DNA of 64,000 bases from Lingula anatina (lineage: Eukaryota > Animalia > Brachiopoda), in contig CM120640.1 of the NCBI GenBank assembly GCA_051362555.1, positions 42,510,788 through 42,574,787 of the forward strand, given 5' to 3'. The position numbers and the translations under genes are program-made. The notes under the pieces are model-generated. The model saw only the letters and a list, made by a program, of their open reading frames with translations. It was not told the origin of the DNA and did no database searches. This document shows positions 1-13,859 of this stretch, one piece after another. Within the stretch, counting starts at the first letter, position 1. Every line of letters begins with the position of its first letter.

Positions 1-1056
1 GGTTTTTTAATTTTCAGACATTCCTCTCCCCCCCCCCCCCCAAAGTCTAGTCTCTTGAACAATCTTCGCTTTAAGAGAAAAATAACAGAAGCAGTAAATA
101 GTATGCCTTTTACATAATGAAAAAAACGATGGTTCAAAGATGCAGATATTTTTTGTTATTGAATATTATATAAGATTGTATTTATATCAGAAGAACCTTT
201 ATTGAACTGAATGGAGTTCCTTGCATAATGGATGTCACTTCACATAAATTGCCACAGATACCCAAAATGTAGTAGTTATCTGCAGCAGCATATGTGTAGT
301 AGGGTTTTGACTGTGCTGTACAGATTCATTATTTCAAGCACAACCTGTTAACATTCCAGAATTATGTTTAGGTGTGGATTGGATTTTCAGTTTTAAGCAT
401 TTTGTTCTCATTGATGTTTATCACTATTTATAATCAATAGATAATGATGAATTTAAATTATGTGTTAGAAAGAGGTATAGTGATCTGAAAATCAATTATT
501 GGTTGTCCCAGCAGGAAGAGACATCTATTACTTTTCATTTGTTCAAATTGACCAATTATTTAAAATCCTACTTTGTACCACTTAAAATTCAATAAGTTAA
601 ATATAATTGTCAACTTTTATATAAATCCTGTTCTTAACTTGGTAATTTAAAATGCCTGTCCCTTAAACTACTGTATGCCTACTTCTGAAGAAAAGTTTTC
701 AATTGTTTAGTGTCTGGTGTGCCAGATATTTGGTGTTCTAAGTGCAGTTTGAGCAATGTTATGTAAGTGTTGTATAACTTCGACTGCTGGCTGGGAGGCT
801 GGGAGGCCACATTAACTGAATTTGGCCCATTAGTACAGAGGATGTCATATTCCATTACTAGTGCTAATAAGAAGGCACCCTGGTGCCACTGAGTGCAGAT
901 TCCGGAAGGTTGTGTGAAGTAAATATTAATATACTGTTGTATAATAGTGAGAGTTTCTGAATTATTTTCAGAAGAAGAGGACTTTTTTTTGGGAAATCAT
1001 TGAAAATTAATATGATACTTCGCAACATTTGGCCACTGAATTATATTATCCATTTT

Positions 1057-1530
1057 TATGTACAGACACAGATGTGTCTGTACATATAGCCATCATCCGC
1101 GTCTGTCGAAGCCGTCGTCGCCGTCTTTGCCGTGCACTTAGCGATAACACGATAAGTGGAATACCGTTTTACATTTTGTATTCAAATTTACAGAACTGAT
1201 GAATATTCATAATACGCAGGTCAAGTTAAAAAATCAGCATGATCGGGCGATTTTTAGGGAAGTTATGCTGTTTTTTCACTTTTTTAGCATTAATATAACA
1301 CAGATAACATGATAAGTGAAAAACCTTTTTACTTTTTGGCTTGAAACTTATAAAACTGATGAATATTCATAATATGCAGGTCAAATTCGAAAATCAGAGC
1401 TATCAGGTCAATTTTATGGAAGTTATGCTGTTTTTTCACTTTTTTCAGCATATATGCAGCACCGATAACACGATAAGTGGAAAACCATTTTACTTTTTGG
1501 CTTGTTGTTCTCGTAAGATTTGACTTGACA
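1057..1530 (+). mobile_element. Helentron/HINE (DINE-1/pearl-like) non-autonomous element, copy 1, with ~160-bp internal tandem units; 3' end incomplete
   Basis: A T-run precedes a perfect hairpin tatgtacagacaca-ga-tgtgtctgtacata (1057-1086), then a GTC/CGTC-rich stretch, then ~2.3 tandem units starting gataacacgataagtgg at ~1143, ~1301 and ~1463. The same 5' end and unit recur at 50199. Family assignment is from architecture only. Confidence 0.7.
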
Positions 1531-4500
1531 TTTTTGAAAATTTTATTTATTTATTATTTATTTATTTATTTATTTATTACTATTTTTCTTTTTTTGGGGG
1601 GGGGGGGCAATGCTTTACCAGTAGAGAAAATTTTTAAAAATATTTGGGAGGAAACCAAATGACATAATCTATGTAACTGATTTTCTGCCCCACCCTGTAT
1701 TTTTCTGTCATGATGCAAATCTTTGTAATGAAAGGTGTATGTATGTTTAGGATAAGTTGTCCCAACTGTTATCCCTCTGTTCTCCAAAGTGTGTCACTTA
1801 ATTGATATCTTGGTGATGGATGTGTGAGTAGGAGGAAGAAAATGGAATTACATCTGCTGATGAACTTGACCTAACCTCCCAACAGACAGAGAAGGCTTGT
1901 TCCAATAAAGAACTACCTGTGTTTTATGTCAACGCGCCCTAAAATGGGTTTCCTGTTGCCTGATCATATGTTATGCAGGTGCTGTCATTATGATATTCCT
2001 GTATACAAGATCTGTTTGGCGCCTGATTCATAAATCAAAATTATTTTAATTTTCTAGATGTCTACTTCATATAATATATTTGGTATTGTGATAAGCTAAG
2101 TCTGTAATAGTGAAACTTAAACACAGATTGGAAAGGTTTTAGATGTAAAAATGTACAAGGGATGTTAATTAAACATCTGCATATTGTATGTCTGAAAGTC
2201 TGTTGTGTGTTTAACTGGTGAATTGAAATATATTGAAATATATTGAACCTACTTGATTTATTGTAAATAGGTGGGTAGTCTAATTCTTAGATGTTAAATC
2301 AGTTGAATTGAGATGCACACGTGGACTTCTGTTGACACAAGTTTACAATTTGAAAGTTACAGCATGTGGACCAGCTAGAAAGTGTGACAACAATGTGGGA
2401 ATAATCTTCCCCGTGTGTACAATTGTGTGCAATGTTTTGGATACAAAGATTTTGTATGAAATGTGTAAATAGCAATATATGTATGTAATTTGAGTTGAAA
2501 AGTTGAACACACTAACAAAACAAGCGTTCAAACCTGCAAGGCAGGCTTGCATTTTACACCCAATGAAGTTGGGAATTCAATTACTTAGCTGAGATTGGGG
2601 TGAAAGTGATACCTTTGTTTGCGACTGAACTTTATTTATTTCATTGAAAGGAGCATTTCATACTCTGATGTTTGCACATCGCTTTTTTATTTTTGCAGTG
2701 GGAAACATTTAAAAAAGAATATTTATCTTGTACGGCACTCCAAAGAGGACTTGAAACTCAAATTACAAATAAATGTGAGAACTCAAAAGTATGAAATTTA
2801 TCAAGAAAAATAGCTCATTAAAATATTTTTGAGCCCTAGTGAAAGTTTAGAATTAAGTAACCTTCAAATACCAATATGCTGCTGGACTAGGTCTGCAACG
2901 AAGAATAATTCCCCCCAAAAATTGTAGGGTTTTCTGATTTCATGGGGTTATAATTTCTAGGAGCAACGCGTAGTTGGTGGCATATTTTCAGGAGTGTTTT
3001 GAATAAGAATGGATTTTAATTTTAGCTCCATCTTTTAAAAATTAAGGTAGCATGTGCATGCTGAATGCTGCTTTATGTGAGGCAGCTGCTCCTCAAGTGT
3101 TCTCATTCTTAGTTTTTGAATGTGGCATCTGTTAAGATCATCGCAAACAATTGTTTAACCTGTTAAGATGCAGTAATCCCAACAGATCCACCTGTTTGCT
3201 AGCTCATGATTGGTCTGGTAAGTCCATCTCAGTCGTAACCTCGGACTAAAGAAAAAAAGAAATTTCATTGTAATTTGTAAGCGCACCTTTTAACAAGATT
3301 AAAACATCCACTTGATATATGTTTGGGTATTTGAGCATTTGCAGATAATCTTGGCTAGAAAAGCTTTTTCATGTACTTTGTAAATGATATGTGCTCCAAT
3401 AACTGCAGTGACAGAACAAAGGAAAACTGATTATAATTGAGGAATGGAAATTAACAGATCAGTAGCCAGATGACCTGTGGTCACTAAGTGCTAGATATCA
3501 TGTTGCTGGAATAAAGTGCTCTGATAATTATTGGGAATTGAACTACCCATGATTAATAGCTACCCTGGGTAGTAATGTACATAGATTTCATTATAATGCT
3601 TGAATCACTACTCTTCTCTACCCTCCCGTGCAGTTCTCTCGTTAGAAACGCAACACCCTCTCCCCAGCAGCAATCTCCTTTCACCCCATACACTCTACCC
3701 CCACCTTTAGACATAAAAGTTGACACTGACAGGTATATTAGTTGATTTTTTCATGGCGCAGCGCTGGGAGGTGAGACAAAAAGATGGTAGATTAAATGCT
3801 TGGAGCTCATTACAAGAGATGGAGGGTAGAGTTTTTGAAACGCAAGCCTCTTGTCAGTCAGTTCTCCACTGCAGCTATTTGCAAGCACGTCAGGCTATAT
3901 TCATCACAACATGCATCAATCCCCTGCCAAAGTGCATCAGCCAAATTTTACTGATGTGGTTATGTTAGTAAAGATTGGCCCATTAATCAAGATCTTTTGA
4001 ATAAAGTAATTAATGCAAATGTCGGTTCTTGTAAGCCACTGGGTGAAATGTTACTGCCCATGCAATTCCATAATCTGCACTACTGTACTTTGGCTCCTGG
4101 TGTAAGATTTTGAGAATTTGGTTTAGCTTTCAAGTTAAAAATCGTGATTCAAAACAAAATCCATACATGTGACGCACCACAAAGGTTAAAGTTATTTACA
4201 TTTCTGCAAAGATAATAATACAGAAGATGGTTGATGGCGAACTAATCCAACGCACAGCTATTGCTGTAAAATGCTGCTGAATACAGTATGTCCTGTCAGT
4301 AGTCAAGGAGATAAATCCATGTTATAGTTTTTTTTCTGTGGGGAGAAGTATGGAAATGATCTATCAAATTTGTTTGGCTTTACTGGCCTTTTGACATTTT
4401 TCTCATGATAATGTAATTCTGTAGGCGACCTATTCTCCAGAGTGAGACCCCTGAAAATCGAAAATCTTGACACTTATTTGGCTTTCTTTCCTCATGAATA

Positions 4501-4849
4501 AAAGAAAACGCTAAAAACAAGGACATATTTATCATCACAGTTAGTTTGACATGTTACGATGTCATGGTAAATGGGGCATTTGATATCTTTATACATAACC
4601 AGCTTTATGGAAATGGGCAGCATCACAGATGTCATTTATCCTCACTTTTGTACCATGGATTTTTCTGCACATAGTTGCACACACCCACCCACACATTTAT
4701 GAGATAATAAATTTGGTGATAATAATAATAAATTTGAGTCTGAAATTCATTAAAAAAAGTTCAGTAGACTATACATAAAAGCAAGTACTTAAGAATACAA
4801 TTACCAAGATATGTCCAAAGGAAATATTAAGAAAGATTAAGATTCTACA

Positions 4850-5620
4850 TCAAGATGGTCTAATTCTCCCATAAAACGCATTACAATTAGGATAATCATA
4901 AAATTTCCTGAAAATATATGTCTTTAACTCCCTTTCAAAATTAGCAGTTGATTCACTTGAGTGGATTTTAGGTGGTAGCATATTCCATTCCATTTGACCA
5001 GCTAATTTAAAAGAGATGTTCCCATAAGTTTTTACAGGTTTCAATAATAGTTGGTCTACTAATCGCACATTTCTGGTAGGAACAACTAAAGATTGTTTAA
5101 GTAAGTTGGTGCCACTTCATAAAAAGCGTCATGGACAAAAACTTACCATTAAATAAAACCTTGCCTTGGAATGGCAGCCAAGGCAGTTCCTTTTAAACTG
5201 GTATGATATGATTGTCCATAGATGTATGAGTTGATAATGTAGCAAAAATGTTTTGAATACGTTGTAGTCTTTTTATCTGTTTCTTGGGACATCCATATAA
5301 AAAAGTTACAATAATCCAACTTAGAAGTTATCAAAGAATGTATAACTATAACTATGGTAGAGTCTGAAAGGTGGCTTAGAATTCGACATATGTTCCTCAT
5401 GTCATATACTGAAAACTTGCATGTAGAAGTTTGTTAATTCGTGGAAAGTGTTCCGTCTATAAAAACCAATTCTTCGTGTGGGACTTTGTCTTGGTGACAC
5501 TGGCTCTGATTTTGAGTTCAATTTCCTCTGATATTTTCTAGTTGTGTAACTGGGTTATAACCAGAGGTTCTGTGAGCATTTCCATCATTGATTTTCAACT
5601 TAGATATCAACCAAGATATT
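4850..5620 (-). mobile_element. Decayed non-LTR retrotransposon (L2/CR1-group LINE), 3' part of ORF2 reverse transcriptase
   Basis: Broken minus-strand frames give LKINDG, RNICRILSHLSDSTIVIVIHSLITSKLDYCN and KTYGNISFKLAGQMEWNMLPPKIHSSESTANFERELKTYIF. These match the typical C-terminal motifs of L2/CR1-group ORF2 (LKLN..K, RNI.RIR...SKLDYCN, G.R.F....P..WN.LP...F...LKT.LF), with frameshifts and stops. Confidence 0.85.
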
Positions 5621-8600
5621 TAAACTTCATGACAAAAGTACATTTATTGTATTGCATTTGATGCTAACATATACACTCCTGGGGCAAATAATTTAAAAGA
5701 AGCAATCTTGTGGACAGAGAACTTCTTCATGTGACATACTGGACATTATTATATGTAATAATGAGGTTTCAATGTTCAAGCTGATATTAGAGATTACATC
5801 TGTATACAAGTGCCCTTCTTCCCTCCCTCCCTCCCTCTCTTTCTCTCTCTCAAGAGCTAAAACTGTGATGAACAGTTAAATGTCATAAAGCAAGGGATAA
5901 TATGTAGGTTAGGACTAAAGGTGCTTGATTAGGATTTCATACATGTGGATTGGCGGGAGGAGGACCTTAACTGGTCCAGGAATCCTGTTTGGTTTTACAG
6001 CTTGATTTTATGAGGAAATTAAGAGAGAGCACTGCCCAGGCAGTGCATGTCTTGAATATTTTCTGGCTATACATCATGGCAGTTTGCAGAAAATTTTGGA
6101 ATTGGTTGTAAGAATTTTTGAAAAGTTATATAGTATGTGTTCTTATTTTTTGGTGAGCAAAAAATAGCATTGAGATTTGCAGTGTGTCTGATCATCAAGA
6201 GGAATCTTATTTCAATGCACTGCAAGTTCAGTCAAATAATACAATATCGCAAGTGAACTTGGTTTGAAAAAATTGTTATGAATTTCAAGGGCATCAAGAA
6301 GAAAATGGTAACATTTTCTAATCAGAGTAGATCTGACAACATGATATTTACTAAGTTGGACAACAATATGATCATAAATCTGGTAGCAAAAGAGAATGTT
6401 ATATTTGTCACTGTGATTGACTGAGACATTAAACTGGATCCACAAATGTAATAAAAACAGTGATGGATGGGTTTGTGAAGGGACGATTTTATGGATTTTG
6501 TTTATCAGACCTACTACAGAATGAAATGTAGGCTGGAGCAGTTTGTGGACAAGACGATAAGAACATTTATGTGGCCTGGAAAAAGAAATTCAAATACAAA
6601 TAATGAATCCCTGTGTGGATGCAGGAAATTTAAAGTGTTTTGATAAGAGCTTGAGGATTAAAGTTCTTGATTCCCATTGCAAATCGGACATCTTTGTCAA
6701 AGAGTTCTTTTAGATATTACTGTGTATTTTTCAATGAGTGAAGTGATTTTCTTCAATGTTCATATCTGTGTAGTGTGCATTTGATTTTATAAGTAAAATT
6801 GAAAAAATAATAATAAATGGTATTGATTTACACTGGCAGTGTAGTGAATGTTATGCAATGTACCTTGCATTAAAATATAAGCACATGCAGGTGCATATGT
6901 TTTGTAGACTGAAGTAGGAGGGCCTGGGCATTGAACTTCCAATACTTGAAGAACAGTGCCGCAAATTACACACAGTATTGTCTAGAGGCTCGTGTCAACT
7001 GCTGCATGCTGATAGAATTGTGTTCTTATCTGTGTACTCGGGTTAGCCACACAAAAGCAGTCAAGAGAGGAATGGTTGATCAACCATTCAGGTAGCTATA
7101 GTGTTTTCATAGAACTAGATTGCAAAGCATGTTGTTGCAAACATTGCAATGGCACCATTCTTTATCCAGTGTTCTGGGCTCCCATTCATCCCCCATGTTG
7201 GCCCCACTTGTGTATCCTATCAGGTTTCACACGAGTTTCATGCATAGGGCAGTCTACCTGAGATAAAGTGGCCAGTGTATCAGGATATTGTAGCAGGGTG
7301 AATGAATATCATTGTGATGTATTGATTTGAACATGAGTTTGGGCCATTACTTTCGGTGACGTAGAATTTAGATTATGTTTGTTGGGTCAAAGCTCCGGTC
7401 AGCTGGGACAGGGAGCTAGAAAAGTTGACAGGTATGCGCTAGTTCCCTGGAGGGCTAAGGCTATTAAAACGCAGAGCTGGTATAAAACTGTTGGAACGAA
7501 TTGGATGCCTGCAGAACACAGCGGAGTCAGAAGACTAGCAGAGAAAAATTGCATTGAAAGGTACTGTGTATGTGCTATGCTAAGTTAAGTTAGCCACATT
7601 GATCACTGTAAAGAACAAATTGAATTTGCATTTAAAGTGGAAAGATATATATGAGGGTCATTAGAATAGTCTCTACAGTATGAGGAATGTGATTTGTCTT
7701 TGATAAGGTTTTATATTAACTTGAATAGAGGGAAATTGTGCAGTGCTTCATTATACCTTTATTTTTGAACTGGGGGGGGGGGGGGTAAAGGAAGGACAGG
7801 TAGGACAGGAAAAATAATGTGATTAACACAAAAAAGATAAACAGCCTTCAAATAGTCACTTACCATCAATGCATGGTACTTGTATTGTGTTTACCCCTCC
7901 ATTTAACAACTATTAAGGCAGGTTTACTTTATAAAGGTAAACTTCTTGAAGTGTCAAAGAAATACAACAGGTTCTTTACCCCAGGTGAATGCTTTGACAG
8001 ATGGGTCAGCCTCTTTCGTGTTCACTTAAAATATAAGTTTTCCAAATGGCCTTTTAGTCAATACGTTTTGCTAGTCACTGTTATTTTGGTAAACCAAGAT
8101 AAGACAGAGATGTAAATATCATCAGCACAGAACCGTGTAGTTCTGAATCTTTATTTTACCCTTTGGGCCATCTTTTCTTCAGCTTCTTGATAAAAAAAAG
8201 TATGGTGATACTGATTAATTTAAACAAATGGAGAGCAGACCTCATGTGGCAATGTACTGAACCTGGATATAAAAAGTGATGTCACCTTGTACACCATGCA
8301 GTGAACTAAAAGCTGGACATGAAGAAACAGAAAAGGAGAACAAGACAATATTTATATATGAAGCTTAGAATTTTTGAGTAAACATGGCTATAGAAAATTA
8401 TTTTTGTAAGGACAGTTTCTGTTAACACAACTTATAGGGTTCCTTCATATGTTTTCATAAAAAATTATCATATTTTTCATACATCGACCTTTTTTAAATC
8501 CAGGATCAAATCACACCCTTTCTGGAAACACTAAATGTGGGTAGGCAAAGTTAGCATTCAGTCTGAGGTTACTAAGTTTGAACATATTTATCATGCATGT

Positions 8601-10498
8601 GCCTCAAACCTGACAACTTCATACATGAAGTCTGTATACTGTGGCATGTGTATTAGTTTTGCACTTTGATATTTTATCATTTCGAATGCTGTGGGTACAG
8701 AAATGTGCCACAGCCTTAACATAATACTGGGGCTGAATTGAAATTGTGCAGGTTTTTTTTTTTTTTTAACAAAATGAGAAGGCGAAACTTCGTTGCATTT
8801 ATTGTATTATTATCCAAATTGATTATATTATATACAGGTGTGTGGGGGGGGGGGGGGGGATACAAATATACCAGCATTTATAATACTTATAATTACGCTA
8901 TCACTTCTAGGTCATTATACATATCATAAAAAGATTTTTTCTACTGAAATTATTTGTCTCTGCACTCAGTGTGCTCAATTTAACATGCAGACTGTTTTCC
9001 CTACTCTGAACATGATTGTAACAATGAATTTAAATTTATCATTGCATTAAAATTCCATAAGAAGTAATAGGCCTGTAAGAAAGCCCTCCACCTCGTACCA
9101 TTAGTGATAGGCAGGTTGGAAAGTTCCCCAGGGAGAACCTGCTGGCAGTCTGCTTAAAAAATATTCATCTGTAATCATAATTGAAGAACGGTACAAGGTG
9201 CATGCTTCCACCTCACAGAACTTGTCATCCAATGAAATTAGTGGAATTTTAAGAAGCTCTCAACTAGCAGGGTTACAGGTGTAATTCCTACCTTTCACCC
9301 CTCTTAGGTTGAGTCCACTGTTCACAGTACATAGTAAAACCAAGCAGTTTTGTCATATGCAGTGCTGAATGTTATCAGTGTGCCTGTCGGTCACTTGTTA
9401 AAGGATTTGGGAACAGAGAAACCTACCTCATTGTGGGATAGATTGGTGAAAACGGCCTAGTATTTATCAGAGGCAGTATGCTCTAACTAGTGGCTCCCAT
9501 GTTCAGTGGAAGGTGCACTAACTGCCTCACAGTAAGTTAAAAGTGTACATGTCCTCTTATTGTGGTTATTGTCATTTCTTTTGTGCGGCACTAGTAAATG
9601 TATCTGTATAAAGTAAAGCTTTCCAGTGTATTTCAACTTGTTCGAGTACATTTATCATACGATACAGCATATAATGTATAACACCATCTGAGTAGTATTG
9701 AGAAAGTTTAACCACTAGATAAAATGAAACCTTCTGTCATTGTTTAGTTCAGCAATCTTGTTTTGATTAAGAACTCCCCCTGTAATGGTATGAACTGCCC
9801 ATGGTTTATTGAAAAGCGAGTCACATCCAGTTTAGCATGAGAAAATGAAAAAAGGCAGTAAGCACTGACACAATTCGCAATACATGCAAAGGCCACAAAG
9901 CATGGAAAGATAGTGGCTCTCCAAGAAGTGTGCTGTATTATTTGATGTATTGAGGTGAGTTATGATGTACAGCATGGGTGACTAGGCCAGTATGGCCACA
10001 TGTTCAACTGGATATACTACTAGAAGAGATCTAGGCCTAATTTGCCTGCAGCCAGTTTGGTCCTAACATGAGAATCTGGCTAATTGATGATAGTACTACC
10101 TGTGTCAACTTTCACTGTTAGTCCTAATCTTTTCACATCAGATGCAATCTCCAGTTAATTGGATATTCATCAATTTTCTTGCCCTGAAACAAAAGCCCTT
10201 TACAAATGGACAACAAATAGGAGGAAGTCTTCCCCACAGATGTGGTACCAATGGTGATGGTGCGCTGTATAAGAAGCATTGATCTCCACTGCATGTTCAA
10301 TGGTACAGCAATGCTTGCAGCAATTGAATAATTAACAAAATTCCTCCTACACTGTTAGCCAGCCATGGTTGAGTAACCAGTTTGGCAAGCACCTTTTATA
10401 GCACTAACAATGAAACTTAGGCAATGGCTGTGGAGACGTAAGTTATTTTAATGAGTGTAGAATAGGCTGTGTTCTAACACTCCTATTAAGTCAGTGCC

Positions 10499-10500
<2 letters not shown>

Positions 10501-10550
<50 letters not shown>

Positions 10551-10563
10551 AAGGGGGGGGGGG
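10501..10563. repeat. Poly(T) tract (~49 nt) followed by a G-run
   Basis: Directly visible homopolymers. Confidence 0.9.
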
Positions 10564-12956
10564 TTGAAACATTGTATTGGCAAATCAAGGAATAATAAAG
10601 TTAAGCAGAAAGATTTCTAACAATGGGACAAATTGCAGAAGTACAGAAAAAATTGATTGGTTAACTTGGGGCAGGTGTGCTGTGAAAGATAAATCTCCAT
10701 TATCTGTATATACACGGGTTTTTAGCATGGATGCACATCATGCTTTCCATCACACATAGTGCTCTAAAGAAATTTTTTTCTTTGATAGTACTATTAGTTA
10801 TGCAACCACAAATGGTTGTTTTAGAAACACGCCCTTATTTTTATTCGGAGGATGTCCTCAACCCTTTGAGTTTATCAGTCAGTTACAAATCTTATCCATC
10901 CAACATAATTACATTGTTTACTGTGTGTATCTTTACCATCTACCTCCTACTCTGGATGCGTTGGTTTACTAGACTCATGATAAGATCATGGGTGTGATAT
11001 TTTTCATCACAAATATCAGAGCGAAGTATTCCGTGCCTCACATCAAATGGAAATCTCAGGAGGGAAATCACCTCATTGCCTGTAGTTATACTTTAAAATA
11101 TACATTTGTCCTTCAGCCTCCCTAATATAACCTCAACAGATGGCTGAATGCAATCGTCCCCTAATGTCAGAGGATAATGCTATATGGGCTGGTTTGTCAA
11201 ACTGACTGATTAGAATACAGGTGTTGTGGTGCTGTTATGCTGGAGGTGGTTTTTGTAGCAAGTGTGGGCTGCATAAGAGCTAGGTGCATGCCAGGTTTGT
11301 CCAAACATTTCGCTTAGATAATTTTGTCGGGCGCCCTGGTACTTCACAATCTGTGACATATGTAGCGGTCAGTGAGAAGATGAGGCTGTTTACACCAGAA
11401 AAACAAATTACGAAACCCCAGACTATATTTGTTTTTAAAAAAGGTCTGAGATATGAAATGTCAAATAAGTAATGCAAAAGAAAAAATTCATGAGCTTATG
11501 TGGTAAAAGGAAAGGAAAACAGGAAGCCATAGAACCCAGAGTGGCATTTGAGCGATTAATAAAAAAATTCTCTTTTTAATGCAAATTCTGCTTTGTTGCA
11601 CACAGTGTACCATATGTGACTAAAATTGAGAAATTAGTGTCTTAAATTGTTTGGAATTTCCATCTCTAGGTCCCATTTAAAAAGAGATAAAAAATGTCAA
11701 TAGATTGTCGAAAAATGTTGTCATTTATGAAATGATAGGAGAAAATTTTTCACTGGCATGTATTGTATGAGTGCCAAACGAAAAAGGACTTCAATTTCGG
11801 TAAAACTTGTGACAACGCAATACTTGCCTGAGGCTGCCCATTGTAGCTATTCAGGGAATCTATTTAATTTGCAAAATCTGAGAAAAGATTATGCGAAAGA
11901 TGTGTCATCTCTCTTGTGGAGAGACATATTGATTGGTATATTCAAAATGAGTGAAGTATAGGCACATAAGGCCTTGGTGTTATATGGTTCTTGAATTCTG
12001 CTGAGAATTTCATCAATCAAACAAATTGAGTGATACTTACAAGTAATGTTTACTGTGGAACTCCTTGCAGCAGGAAGTATGTTTTTATGCTTTTTTCGGG
12101 GAGAAAAGTGATATTAAATTTTCTCTAAAGACATTTAGATTTTATACCTTTGCATGCACCAGTGATATTGATGTCTGTGATGTTTGTAAATATTTTTTGC
12201 ATCACAAAAAGATAAGTTGTTTTCTCTGCAGCTGCAGTTCCTTTTTTCTTAGAAGCTCTTGAATTTGACATGAAAAACGTTTTCTTCCTTGAATTTCATC
12301 CTTCAACTATTTTTAGTTATTCTCCACTTATGAAACATCGTCTTTGCATTTATTGGTATGTTATTCAACTTATTATGTAAGGACTCGTGTAAGATTGTTC
12401 ATAATCCAAGCTTACATCTGTTTTGATATTTGTAAAGAGGTTGGTATTTGGTATTTTTTATTGATCAGATCGTCTTTTTTATTTTTAGATTTTCCTAAAT
12501 TGTTTTCATGAAATATGTGATACCTGACGATTAGACAAGGCACTTGTATAAATGGTTGAACATTATGCAGAGTACACTGTATGTTGGATATTCTATCCAT
12601 CCCTTTTGTATGTGACAATCTATGCATGTGTAGAATAGCATGTTTAATACTTAAGTTTTTTTTTCTCTGCCTTTTTATTTATTTTGTTAAACTAAAATGC
12701 CCTGGTATTAAATTTGAGATAATAATAATAACAGAAGCATGGGATTTTTCTTTATCATTCCAGCAGGTGCTTGAATTGACACTACTTCCCCACTGAAGAC
12801 AGGTCTCCTCACTCACTCATTCATTCAGACATCATGGACAAGTCATTGTAAATCCACCCTCTCCTTGTTGGTGCTGTCTTGATGCCACCGCCATCCTCCC
12901 TGTACTGTACCCAGCACCAGCAGCAGCTTACAGGCTCCTTTGTACTGGCGGACGGC

Positions 12957-13022
12957 ATGGTCACACTCATCACAGAGAAACTGGGCAGACAGACTCTAGA
13001 TGATCATGGACGATTTATCACT
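12957..13022 (+). CDS. FAM53: FAM53-family protein, coding exon 1 (model join 12957-13022,16799-16856,19193-20010,27140-27190,27537-27896; 450 aa)
   Basis: MVTLITEKLGRQTLDD matches the conserved FAM53 N-terminus; ggcATGg context; donor gtaagt at 13023 (phase 0); acceptor cagcag at 12761-12766. An upstream in-frame ATG lies at 12882. Confidence 0.85.
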
Positions 13023-13794
13023 GTAAGTCACCAACCAAGCTTGTGTTTCATTTTGAGTTTGTAATTTTACTGAGTATTTTTTCGCAAGTGTTTTGCATCT
13101 TTTTGGATTAACAAATAGTGCATGGTATTTGATGTGGGGATCTCGCCACCTGCTGATTAGTTGAAGAGAGAGAGATGGGCAATGAACGGGTGTTGAATGA
13201 TTGCAGCATGCTGACCTTTCTAAAAGACTTCAACAGGGATTGTCCTGTCAATTTTTTCTCATAAGTGCCATTCGGAAAAAAAATGCAGTATGGCATATGT
13301 ATCAAGTCTATATAATGGTGACATTCTCACTAAGACTTGAAGATCATTTTGGAAGATATTATTGTATCTTAAGCATTCTTGTCATCATAGTAACTTAGGA
13401 TGATGTATCACCTTTCACCAAAACAACTTTTTACTTCTTTGTATGTGAAGATAATGTGTGATTCGGAATGTTTTTCCTGCTTTACTAATGGTGTTAAATT
13501 GTAGTTTATAATGTTGGAATCATTTGTAAAAGGGCCAGGTTTTCATCTCAACATATTATTACTGTATCTAAGTACCCTACAAGCAATTAGAAAATGGTGA
13601 CTTGGGGATATTATTTTTTTGCCTTATAAAAGCCAAGCAGCCTGTCTCTGAGGCTGTCAAGGCACTTGTGCAAACTTTATTGTTATGCTGAAAAAAACTT
13701 CCAGGTTGTCAAAGGTTTGTTAAATTTTAATGTTCACATTATTTCCATTACGTTCTAATACATGATACATATGATAAGTGTACAATTTGTGTCT

Positions 13795-13859
13795 TGTGTG
13801 TGTGTGTGTGTGTGTATGCGTGCGCGTGCATGCACGTGCATACACACGTGCATGTGTAT
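13795..13859. repeat. (TG)n plus mixed alternating pyrimidine-purine tract
   Basis: tgtgtg...tatgcgtgcgcgtgcatgcacgtgcatacacacgtgcatgtgtat: uninterrupted YR alternation. Confidence 0.85.

Noticed and set aside
11240-12250. Possible old DNA-transposon remnant; similar hints at 2820-3090 and 25555-25960
   Set aside because: Locally CpG-richer and repeat-like, but I could not define matching termini, a TSD or a second copy.
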